Positions 56,170 through 64,000 of a stretch of 64,000 nt of DNA are shown one piece after another. Origin of the DNA: Candidatus Microgenomates bacterium (GTDB lineage: Bacteria > Patescibacteriota > Microgenomatia > UBA8517 > JACQJR01); the NCBI GenBank assembly GCA_016204995.1, contig JACQJR010000001.1, forward strand, positions 28,548 to 92,547, in the 5' to 3' direction. The notes beneath the pieces were generated by a model. The model had not been told where the DNA came from and did not search any database. It saw only the letters and a list, made by a program, of their open reading frames with translations. The translations under genes were made by a program, and so were the position numbers. Every line of letters begins with the position of its first letter. The first letter of the stretch is position 1.

Positions 56170-56895
56170 TCAAGAGGCAATTGGGTAAGCTACTAAAATT
56201 AAATTTTTCCAGCTGGTGCCCGGTGGCCAGCAAGTTTGCAATAGTAATCTCTTTGCACCAAGACTGGCTTGAGTCAACCAGGAAGTATCTTTTGACTCCA
56301 CAATATGTTTTTCCATAATTTGATATTTATATAATTTATCCTGGTAAAAAACATAAACTATATCATGATCATCAACATTAATAGAATTTAAAGCGTAGAA
56401 AACCGCATTATAATGAGCAATATCCCAAGGGGCACTGGCCGAATGGGCAAATAAATAAGTACCGCCATCACTATCGGGCACACTTGACCCTGCTGCTTGC
56501 GCTACTCCCATTTTCAAAGCTTCCTGGTAAGTAGCAGGAACGGATGCATTCACATCACGGATAATCGGGGCTTTGGCATTAATTTTAGGAATATAAATGT
56601 AAAAGGCCGTATTGGTGATATTCCATTGCTGGGCCATATTACGAGCAAATTCTTTTTCATCATCAACGGGTGTGTTAGTAATCTCCGCCGCCGAAGTTTT
56701 AGTAAATAAATTAGAAAGGCGAAAATTTATTTCCGCCGACACAATCGGATAAATTAACATCAAGATACTGGCGAGGCCGGCCACCATCAAACCTATGCCT
56801 AATTTACGGACCCAAGTAGGCGCGGGAATAGTAATAACGATTTCGCCGTGGAGGGGTGAGACCTGGTAATCGTAAATTACGCCACTTATGGTCAT
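56170..56895 (-). CDS. Sortase
   Basis: IYIPKI, GVAQ, LFAHS, F..L, LQTCWP. Confidence 0.85.
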   Translation of the reverse strand: MTISGVIYDYQVSPLHGEIVITIPAPTWVRKLGIGLMVAGLASILMLIYPIVSAEINFRLSNLFTKTSAAEITNTPVDDEKEFARNMAQQWNITNTAFYIYIPKINAKAPIIRDVNASVPATYQEALKMGVAQAAGSSVPDSDGGTYLFAHSASAPWDIAHYNAVFYALNSINVDDHDIVYVFYQDKLYKYQIMEKHIVESKDTSWLTQASLGAKRLLLQTCWPPGTSWKNLILVAYPIAS

Positions 56896-56899
56896 AACG

Positions 56900-58042
56900 T
56901 TACCTCTGTCTCAAAAAAGCGGGAATATCAAAACGTTCGCCAAATTCATCGTCTGTTGGAGTGGAGGAATTTTTTTCTTCTAAAGGACCTGCCTGCGCAG
57001 ACAGGCTCTCGGTTAATAATCCTTGAGGCTCTGCTGCCTTTGGCGTCGGCTGGGCCACTTGGGCCATTTTAGCCAGGCGCGAGCGTGTTTCATCAAAACC
57101 AGTTGCAATAACAGTAATTCTCACCTGATCGGAAAGTCGGGGATCAATCGTAGCCCCGAAAATAATGTTGGCATCGGCATCGCATTGTTCAGAGATAATC
57201 CGAGCCGCCTCTTCCACCTCGGCCATAGTTAAATCATTGCCGCCGGAAATATTAAATAATACCCCTTTAGCTCCATCAATTGACAAATCCAAAAGGGGAG
57301 AAGAAACAGAGGCCCGGGCGGCCATTTGGGCTCTGGCTTCACCGACGCCGGTTCCCACACCTAAAAGTGCTGACCCTGCTCCACTCATAATAGTCTTAAC
57401 ATCGGCAAAATCCACGTTAATTAAACCTGGCTGGGTGATAATTTCGGAAATGCCGCTGACGCCTTGCGACAAAACTGAATCTGCCATACGAAATGCATCC
57501 AATAAAGTTACTTTACGGTCAATGACATCCATTAACCTTTGGTTGGGAATAATTAAAAGTGTATCAACTTTGTCGCGCAAACCATCTATCCCTTCCTCGG
57601 CAATCACTCCCCGTCTTGCCCCTTCAAAAGCAAAAGGTTTTGTCACAATGGCAATGGTCAAAGCTCCCGCTTCCCGAGCTACTTCGGCCACCACTGCTGC
57701 TGCTCCAGTTCCAGTTCCTCCTCCCATCCCGGCGGTGATAAAAACCATATCAGAATCCAGCAGTAATTCTTTAATTTTTTCGCGAGATTCTTCCGCCGCT
57801 TGTTTACCCAACTCCGGATTTCCACCCACACCTAACCCGCGGGTTAATTTTTCGCCAATTTGCACTTTAGTGGGGGCTAAATTCGCCAGCAGTACTTGGG
57901 CATCAGTATTAACAGCGATGAATTCTACACCGGAAATTTTATCTTGGGAGATCATGGAGTTGACAGCATTCCCGCCGCCTCCGCCGACGCCGACTACGCG
58001 GATTTTGGCGAGTCTCGTAGTATCTGGTTTGACAAGTGCCAT
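56900..58042 (-). CDS. ftsZ: Cell division protein FtsZ
   Basis: GVGGGGGNA, GMGGGTGTG, NVDFAD, DIPAFLR tail. Confidence 0.98.
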   Translation of the reverse strand: MALVKPDTTRLAKIRVVGVGGGGGNAVNSMISQDKISGVEFIAVNTDAQVLLANLAPTKVQIGEKLTRGLGVGGNPELGKQAAEESREKIKELLLDSDMVFITAGMGGGTGTGAAAVVAEVAREAGALTIAIVTKPFAFEGARRGVIAEEGIDGLRDKVDTLLIIPNQRLMDVIDRKVTLLDAFRMADSVLSQGVSGISEIITQPGLINVDFADVKTIMSGAGSALLGVGTGVGEARAQMAARASVSSPLLDLSIDGAKGVLFNISGGNDLTMAEVEEAARIISEQCDADANIIFGATIDPRLSDQVRITVIATGFDETRSRLAKMAQVAQPTPKAAEPQGLLTESLSAQAGPLEEKNSSTPTDDEFGERFDIPAFLRQR

Positions 58043-58054
58043 ATTATTAAAAAT

Positions 58055-58150
58055 TTCTAATTACTCTAATTAACCTAATTGATCTAAATAACACCCATTA
58101 GGATTTTGGAGTTTATTTAGAAATTAGGAATTAGAATAATTAGGTCAATT
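58055..58150. repeat. Inverted 9-nt/7-nt repeat arms upstream of ftsZ
   Basis: ctaattact ctaattaac ctaattgat ctaaataac ... ttagaaa ttaggaa ttagaataa ttaggtcaa. Confidence 0.75.
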
Positions 58151-58202
58151 TCCCCAATGTTTAAGATTGGTCTATTGTGGATAAGTTTCGGTTAAATGTC
58201 AA

Positions 58203-58277
58203 CCCCTTCAGCAAGTTCAGGCCTTCGGCTTTGAGGCTCAGGCTCGAAAAGGTTGATAGTGAGTTAAATCGAAGGGA
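58203..58277. repeat. Degenerate REP-like composite containing ttcggctttgaggctcaggctcgaa
   Basis: 58224-58248 matches the middle layer of copies A and B without the inner insert. Confidence 0.6.
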
Positions 58278-59966
58278 CTAGGCAAGCAAGCCCTGGATAA
58301 TATCTTTTAATTCATCCAGCATATGGGGCGTTAGGTTATTACCGAATTCACGAACATAAAGCAGAAAAACAATATCATCTAAAGGAATTACCGGATATTC
58401 TTTACCTTCCTCTTTTTCCGGTGTGATATAACCTTTATCTTCCATCTCATCCATCAAATGTTCACTGACTCGGGGAACAAATAATCTAGTTAGGTTGGGC
58501 CTAGTAAGAGAATCCTTCACTCCTGCTTCCTTAACTCTACTAAGAATGATTTTTAGCTTATCACTCACTTCTGGATCTCTTTTTTCAATTTCGCTAATAC
58601 GTGGACGTGGTGCTGTCGTGATAAATGCTAATGGAGCTGATGTTTCTTCTGGAACAACCGGTTCTTTTGTTACCGATATTCTTAACGACCATTTAATAAT
58701 TCTTCCCTCTCTATTCTGATTTAATATTCTCTGACCCAACTTTTTCTCTAAATTAGAAATTACACTGGATGATTTAGACTTGTATCCAGCTTCACTCATT
58801 ACCCTTCCCAAACTGGAGTTATCAAACTCGTGATTGGCATGATCGCTTAAAAATTTGGCCAGTAAAAATTTATAGTCTGCCACTTTGACCACCGGCCCAT
58901 TATTTACAGTGATAGTTTTAGCCTCCTCATCTAAAACCAGTGAGTGGATTATTATCTCGCCACGAGAGACGACAACAGCTTCTCTACTTTTTCTAGGATG
59001 GGACTCACCGGTAGGTTTTGGTGAAATCGGAGCTGTTGGCTTTTGTTGCGTTACCCTTCTTCTAGCTAGTTCTGCTCTGGCCGCCTCAATCGCCTCCTGC
59101 CGAATGACTTGTCCACGCGTAGTCTCTCTACCATCTTTTCCGTCCACCTTTCCTTCTAAATATTTTTTGCTTTGGGCATTTAGAGAGATTTCAAACTCTT
59201 TTAATCTTGCTTGACGAGTGGCTGCTGCTTCTGCATCAAGAGGCCTGTTTATCTCATAATCAAACCAAATTTGATAAAGTTCCTTTTCTGCTTGCCTATT
59301 CTTAATAGGTTGAGGTTCTTGATCAATATAATAACCAGTTTCTTTGCCACAACCAACTTTAATAATTTCCAGCTCTTTAGGTAAAACTTTGCTATTAACA
59401 GCACTTCTTAAGGTGTTTAAATTAGCAATGGCGCGCGGGTTATCAGAACCATAAATTTTGGTAGCTAGCTCACTAGCCGGCGCTGAATTTCCCTGAAAAG
59501 TATCTTTGACCCCGTCTAGTAATTTTGGTGTAAACTTGCCGCCGGATTTAATAATTTGTCCGGCAATGACAAACTCCATTTGCTCTCCCCGAATTTTCCT
59601 AGCTGGCCGAGGCTCTGGCGCGACAGGAGGAGTTTCCACTGACCCCGATGTGATCAAGGCCGGCATTGTTTCTTCCACAGGTTTTGCCAAATACCCCTCT
59701 CTTTCCCATCTTTTAATTCTGGCCAAACGATGATTTTGATGCTGCTCGTTAAATCTGTCCAAACGGGCCCTGATTTGCCACACCGAAGCGGCAATTTTTC
59801 TGGCTAAACCCAATCTATCTTTATCTTCTACAGAAAGCTCATCCTCATTTGGCCAATCAGGAGTTAAGCTGTTAACCAGCTTGGTTCTTTTTTCTAAAAT
59901 TCTCTCCCAAATCACTATTTGTTCGGGTTTTGATCTTTCTACCATAAGACCCCTGTAATTTATCAC
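58278..59966 (-). CDS. Hypothetical protein with possible winged-helix domains
   Basis: 562-aa ORF; ELATKIYG...NLNTLRSAVNSK and FLSDHANH...VISNLEKKLG resemble OmpR-type wHTH. Confidence 0.55.
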   Translation of the reverse strand: MINYRGLMVERSKPEQIVIWERILEKRTKLVNSLTPDWPNEDELSVEDKDRLGLARKIAASVWQIRARLDRFNEQHQNHRLARIKRWEREGYLAKPVEETMPALITSGSVETPPVAPEPRPARKIRGEQMEFVIAGQIIKSGGKFTPKLLDGVKDTFQGNSAPASELATKIYGSDNPRAIANLNTLRSAVNSKVLPKELEIIKVGCGKETGYYIDQEPQPIKNRQAEKELYQIWFDYEINRPLDAEAAATRQARLKEFEISLNAQSKKYLEGKVDGKDGRETTRGQVIRQEAIEAARAELARRRVTQQKPTAPISPKPTGESHPRKSREAVVVSRGEIIIHSLVLDEEAKTITVNNGPVVKVADYKFLLAKFLSDHANHEFDNSSLGRVMSEAGYKSKSSSVISNLEKKLGQRILNQNREGRIIKWSLRISVTKEPVVPEETSAPLAFITTAPRPRISEIEKRDPEVSDKLKIILSRVKEAGVKDSLTRPNLTRLFVPRVSEHLMDEMEDKGYITPEKEEGKEYPVIPLDDIVFLLYVREFGNNLTPHMLDELKDIIQGLLA

Positions 59967-59995
59967 TTTTAAGGCTATTTGTCAAAAATTAGTGG

Positions 59996-61255
59996 TTAGG
60001 GAAGCAAGCCTTTAATGAGGTCTACTATTTTGCCGACGGCCCCTTTGACAGGAATCCCGCCCAAGGGTGACTTAAAGCCAAAGCCGCTGCTTTCCGGAAT
60101 ACTTGCGGCCGCCCAGATTAAACTGCCGACGGTGGCCGCGTAAGCCGGCGTTGACACATCATCAACTAGACCAGAAATGCCGGTAGGACTGCCAATTCTA
60201 ACCGGTAAGGCTAAAATTCGCTTGGCACTTTCGGCCGCACCCACAGTCTGCGCTCCCCCGCCCGTTAACACCACTCCGGCTGGCGTTCTTCCCCCAAAAC
60301 CCGAACTTTTCAGCTCCAGTCCAATCATAGTCCAAATTTCATTTAAGCGCGGTTTAATAATTCCTTCCACTAAAGTTTTTCGCGAAGCTGTTTTTTCTCC
60401 GTCACTCGCTCCTAAACTATTTAAATCAATTTCATCATCCTCTTTGTCAGATTTTTTACCCCCAGCCAAAGCTAATTTTATTTTTTCCGCTGCTTCTAGG
60501 GAAGTACGAAGACCAATCGCTAAGTCATTGGTGATATTTTTGGCCCCAATCGGCAGCACCCGCGAATGGACGAGCGACCCGCCGGAAAAGACTGCCAGCG
60601 ACGTAGTTCCTCCGCCAATATCAATTAATACTACCCCCAACTCCCGTTCGGTATCGGACAACACGGCCGAGGCCGCGGCCAGCCCGGAAAAAACTACTCC
60701 AGAAATATGGGCTCCCACTTCGCTAACACATTTGGTTAGATTTTTGATGGCGCCCGAGGCGGCTGTCACAATATGGGCTTCTACTTCCAGCCGCACTCCA
60801 TTCATGCCCACCGGATCTTTAATCTCTGCCTCACCATCCACCATAAATTGACAGGGTAAAACATGAATAATTTCCCGGGCCGCCGGTAGCGAAATAGCCC
60901 GGGCCGCCTCAATCACCCGCACTACATCCTCCTGGCTAATTTCGCCTTCGGGAGAAGACACCGCTACCACCCCATGGGAGTTTTGTCCCTGAATATGTCC
61001 GCCGTTAACTACGGTAAATAAATTATCAATCGCAAAGCCGGCCATTCTTTCGGCTTTTTCCACACAAGCGACTACCGACGCTGTCGCTTTTTCAATATCC
61101 ACAATCTGCCCTTTTCTCACCCCATCCACTGGCGTCGGCAGAGAAGCTACTCCCATAATTTGCAAAGTGCCGGATTCGGGGTTGGGTTGAGCAATGATAG
61201 TGGCAATTTTGGAAGAACCAATATCAATACTGGCGATAATTTTGCCGCGAGACAT
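59996..61255 (-). CDS. ftsA: Cell division protein FtsA
   Basis: IDIGSSK, GVRLEVEAH, DIGGGTT, VLTGGG, YAATVG. Confidence 0.96.
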   Translation of the reverse strand: MSRGKIIASIDIGSSKIATIIAQPNPESGTLQIMGVASLPTPVDGVRKGQIVDIEKATASVVACVEKAERMAGFAIDNLFTVVNGGHIQGQNSHGVVAVSSPEGEISQEDVVRVIEAARAISLPAAREIIHVLPCQFMVDGEAEIKDPVGMNGVRLEVEAHIVTAASGAIKNLTKCVSEVGAHISGVVFSGLAAASAVLSDTERELGVVLIDIGGGTTSLAVFSGGSLVHSRVLPIGAKNITNDLAIGLRTSLEAAEKIKLALAGGKKSDKEDDEIDLNSLGASDGEKTASRKTLVEGIIKPRLNEIWTMIGLELKSSGFGGRTPAGVVLTGGGAQTVGAAESAKRILALPVRIGSPTGISGLVDDVSTPAYAATVGSLIWAAASIPESSGFGFKSPLGGIPVKGAVGKIVDLIKGLLP

Positions 61256-61914
61256 TAAAAAGTAACTACCGGATTTTTGAATCGTAAATCAATTTTCACC
61301 GGTTGTTTGGAATCCATTGTAAATCGTTTCATCACAAGTTGTAAAGAGCCGACTAATAATTGGGAATCTTTGTCTGTGGTAGGTAAGATAATCTCTGCAC
61401 CGTCTAACTGAAAAGATAACCCGTTGCCATTAAGCCTAAAAATGGAAATTTTGTCTGTACCGAAAGAACGCGACAGTAAATCTACCAGTTGGATCAACCA
61501 AGAATTGAGCTGATCATTTTTTTCCACCATAATCTTGGGCAAAGAAGTTTGGTTTGCCTGTCCCACTATATTTCCACTGATATCCACCAGTAAAAATTTA
61601 CCCGCCTGCTGGCCCTCGTTTTGGATAGCCACTTTGGGCTTAGACATTTCTACCATGACGATCAATGTATCGGGAATTTTGCGCTTAACTTTAATATCTT
61701 TGATATTAGCGAGGTCCGACCTGATCCCTTTATTATCAGGCATAACGAGCAGCAATCTTTGACCGATAAATTTATTGAAATGCTGCTGCATATTCTCCGA
61801 ACACGGCCCATATTGCGATTTACATTCCACTTGCTTAACTTTTAATTGAGACAGAAAAAATATTACAAAAGAAACTAGTATTAGAAGAAAGATTAACCTA
61901 ATTGACTTAAACAT
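61255..61914 (-). CDS. ftsQ: FtsQ/DivIB-like cell division protein
   Basis: TM + POTRA-like (VKRKIPDTLIV), IDLRFKNPVV; lies between murG and ftsA. Confidence 0.7.
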   Translation of the reverse strand: MFKSIRLIFLLILVSFVIFFLSQLKVKQVECKSQYGPCSENMQQHFNKFIGQRLLLVMPDNKGIRSDLANIKDIKVKRKIPDTLIVMVEMSKPKVAIQNEGQQAGKFLLVDISGNIVGQANQTSLPKIMVEKNDQLNSWLIQLVDLLSRSFGTDKISIFRLNGNGLSFQLDGAEIILPTTDKDSQLLVGSLQLVMKRFTMDSKQPVKIDLRFKNPVVTF

Positions 61915-61984
61915 TTTGAAAATTGAGGTATTGTGATTTGATTAGAAATTAGAAATTGAAAATTAGAAATTTCGCCAAAGGCGA

Positions 61985-63076
61985 TTATTCCATATATCTA
62001 TTAATTAAACTGACAATTTTTGCCGCTGCGTTTTTATGGATTAATTTTTTAGCCTCTTTTTTAACTTTATCGTCCGGCGGGTGAGCCAAAAAATCATTGA
62101 TAGTTTCCCATAATAATTTACCTGTTAATTCGTTTTGACTAATAATCCGCGCGAGGTTTATATCGGCCAGCATCTTGGCATTTTTTTCCTGCTCACCTCT
62201 TTCCGAATAAGGCAAGGGAATAAAAATTGCAGGTATTCCTATGGCAGCAATTTCAGTCACAGTGTTAGCGCCACTTCTGCCTATTACTAGAGAAGATTTA
62301 CCCAGAATTTCTGCTAACCTGTTGGGATCCACTACCGGAAAAATGTGATATTTTTCTTTTTGGTTTTCATCCAACCTTTTTTGTCTAACCTCAAGTTTCT
62401 CATAATCAGCATAGCCTGTTTGGTGAAAAACAGTAAATTTACCAATCAGCTTGGTTAAAATTTCGTTCACCGCGTAATTGATAGTTCGGGAACCCTGGCT
62501 GCCGCCAGTAATAAAAATCGCTGGCGGGTGAGTTAAATGCCGTTTCATTCTCAAAATACTGCGTCTAACCGGATTGCCGGTCACAATGGCTTTATGATGA
62601 GGAAAATCAATAAAACTGGATTGATAGGAAATAGCGATATGGTTGGCAAATTGGGCGCTCGTCCGATTAGCCAAACCCGAGGCGGCAGTTTGCTCATGTA
62701 AAATAATGGGAATACGCAGCAGCCAGCCCGCAAACACCATTGGTACAGAAATATAACCCCCAAAAGATAAAATTACCCGTGGTTTAATTTGCCAAAGCAG
62801 CCAAAAAGCTTGCACCATCCCCTTGGGCAAACGCAGTAAAGCCGGAATCGTCCATTTGGTAAATTTACGCTGCAAACGGGCAGTTTCCAAATTATAAAAG
62901 GGGATACCAAGTTGGGGAATAATTTCATACTCCAGCGAGGAAATTGTTTCTCCTTCCATGGCAAATTTTCTACCTACCCAAACAATTTCCCAGTCATAGT
63001 TTTTCTTTACCTCTTCAATCACGGCTAAGGCCGGCGTCACATGTCCCCCGGTAATTAATAATGTTCTTTTTTTCAT
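61985..63076 (-). CDS. murG: MurG GlcNAc transferase
   Basis: TGGHVTPA, FGGYIS, HEQ, TGNPVR, GGSQG, RSGANT, EQEKNA. Confidence 0.95.
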   Translation of the reverse strand: MKKRTLLITGGHVTPALAVIEEVKKNYDWEIVWVGRKFAMEGETISSLEYEIIPQLGIPFYNLETARLQRKFTKWTIPALLRLPKGMVQAFWLLWQIKPRVILSFGGYISVPMVFAGWLLRIPIILHEQTAASGLANRTSAQFANHIAISYQSSFIDFPHHKAIVTGNPVRRSILRMKRHLTHPPAIFITGGSQGSRTINYAVNEILTKLIGKFTVFHQTGYADYEKLEVRQKRLDENQKEKYHIFPVVDPNRLAEILGKSSLVIGRSGANTVTEIAAIGIPAIFIPLPYSERGEQEKNAKMLADINLARIISQNELTGKLLWETINDFLAHPPDDKVKKEAKKLIHKNAAAKIVSLINRYME

Positions 63077-64000
63077 CTTTTAGAAATATTAGCTACCATA
63101 CCTAGGGAAAATAAATTCATTACTAAAGCTGAACCGCCATAAGAAAAAAAGGGCAGTGGTATCCCTGTCAAAGGTAAAGTTGCTGTCATAGCTGCAATAT
63201 TGATAAATATCTGGCTACCCAACCAAACACCCACACCTCCTGCTACCATTTTAGCGTACTTTTCATCTACGCTTTTAGCAATCAAAAAAATTCGACTGAT
63301 CAGGCCGGCAAAAACCAAAATTAACGCTAGTGCCCCAATAAATCCTACTTCCTCTGCCATTACCGCAAAAATGGAATCTGTTGTCGCTTCCGGCAAAAAT
63401 AGAAATTTCTGTCGTGATTGACCCAACCCTACCCCCAATAGACCTCCGGAAGCAATGGCAATTAAGATTTGTTTAACATGATAAGAAGCCTGTAGGGGAT
63501 CAATGAGACTTTGTAAAAAAGACAAAAATCTTTCTTTGCGGTAGGAAGAAATCATAATTAAAATTAACCCTGATAATGCCGCGATGGGTAAAAGTCCGGC
63601 GAAAAAATAAAGAGGAATGCCAGCGAAAAATAACATGGAAAGAGCAGTTATAGCTACTACTACCGCCGTCCCTAAATCAGGCTCCAACAAAATCAGCGCA
63701 CAAACTAAAAATAATAAACCAAAAAAGAGCAAGTATTTTCTTCCCTCTTTAATTTGGCTTCCCGATAGCCAGCGCGCGCTATATAAAATAATGGCTAGTT
63801 TGGCCAATTCTGCCGGTTGAAAAGTAACGCCAGCTAGTTCAATCCACCGTCTCGCCCCCAAGGCATGACTACCGATTTGAGGAATTAATACCACGACCAA
63901 TAATCCCAAAGTAATAAAAAAAATGGGGGAGGCCAGAGCGCGCCAAAAAGTATAAGGAACTCGTGAACTAATTAAAAACCCTGTTATTCCTACTCCTACC
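63073..64000 (-). CDS. ftsW: FtsW (SEDS family), 5' end beyond the window
   Basis: GARRW, QPAELAK, EPDLG, SRQKF.FLPEATTDSIFA, FFSYGGS; the frame stays open to the window edge. Confidence 0.93.
   Translation of the reverse strand, partial: VGVGITGFLISSRVPYTFWRALASPIFFITLGLLVVVLIPQIGSHALGARRWIELAGVTFQPAELAKLAIILYSARWLSGSQIKEGRKYLLFFGLLFLVCALILLEPDLGTAVVVAITALSMLFFAGIPLYFFAGLLPIAALSGLILIMISSYRKERFLSFLQSLIDPLQASYHVKQILIAIASGGLLGVGLGQSRQKFLFLPEATTDSIFAVMAEEVGFIGALALILVFAGLISRIFLIAKSVDEKYAKMVAGGVGVWLGSQIFINIAAMTATLPLTGIPLPFFSYGGSALVMNLFSLGMVANISKR

Noticed and set aside
57165-58073. 302-aa plus-strand ORF (also 60177-60851, 8018-8548, 10471-10947)
   Set aside because: These are antisense shadows of ftsZ, ftsA, gpmI and ppsA with no recognisable motifs.

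Overview
AT-rich bacterial chromosome segment using genetic code 11. Gene content and style point to Patescibacteria (CPR), most likely Microgenomates; this is an inference. The evidence is a minimal housekeeping set, gatCAB, PolX-PHP, a sortase with an LPxTG substrate, many orphan ORFs slotted singly between conserved genes, and -10 boxes right next to start codons. Housekeeping genes are uvrA (partial), uvrB, lexA, ppsA-eno-gpmI, a PMM/PGM, holA-like, ruvC, rplS, dnaE, gatCAB, polX, parB, rplU-rpmA, rodA, ileS and the dcw cluster (ftsW-murG-ftsQ-ftsA-ftsZ). There are also glycan genes and four tRNAs (Asp, Gly, Thr, Val). The most striking unexplained signal lies below gene level. (i) Degenerate 7-, 8- and 9-nt tandem repeat tracts occur in frame inside UvrB, PpsA, GatB (three tracts), PolX, IleRS, a GT2 and a large membrane glycosyltransferase (four tracts), and as inverted intergenic arms. 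(ii) At least four families of 15-60 bp palindromes sit in frame inside IleRS, FtsZ, GatC and RplU and nest in the centres of each other like Russian dolls. A four-helix-bundle (23S-IVP/Avd-like) gene and a tRNA-linked GIY-YIG gene are candidate trans-acting partners, but this is unproven. Other highlights are an MshB-like plus MshC-like gene pair (possible new low-molecular-weight thiol pathway), a divergent SelO-like protein, an IleRS with non-canonical GVHH/PMHKS motifs, and a 6S-like RNA upstream of ileS. No CRISPR array, rRNA, reverse transcriptase or intact transposase was seen.
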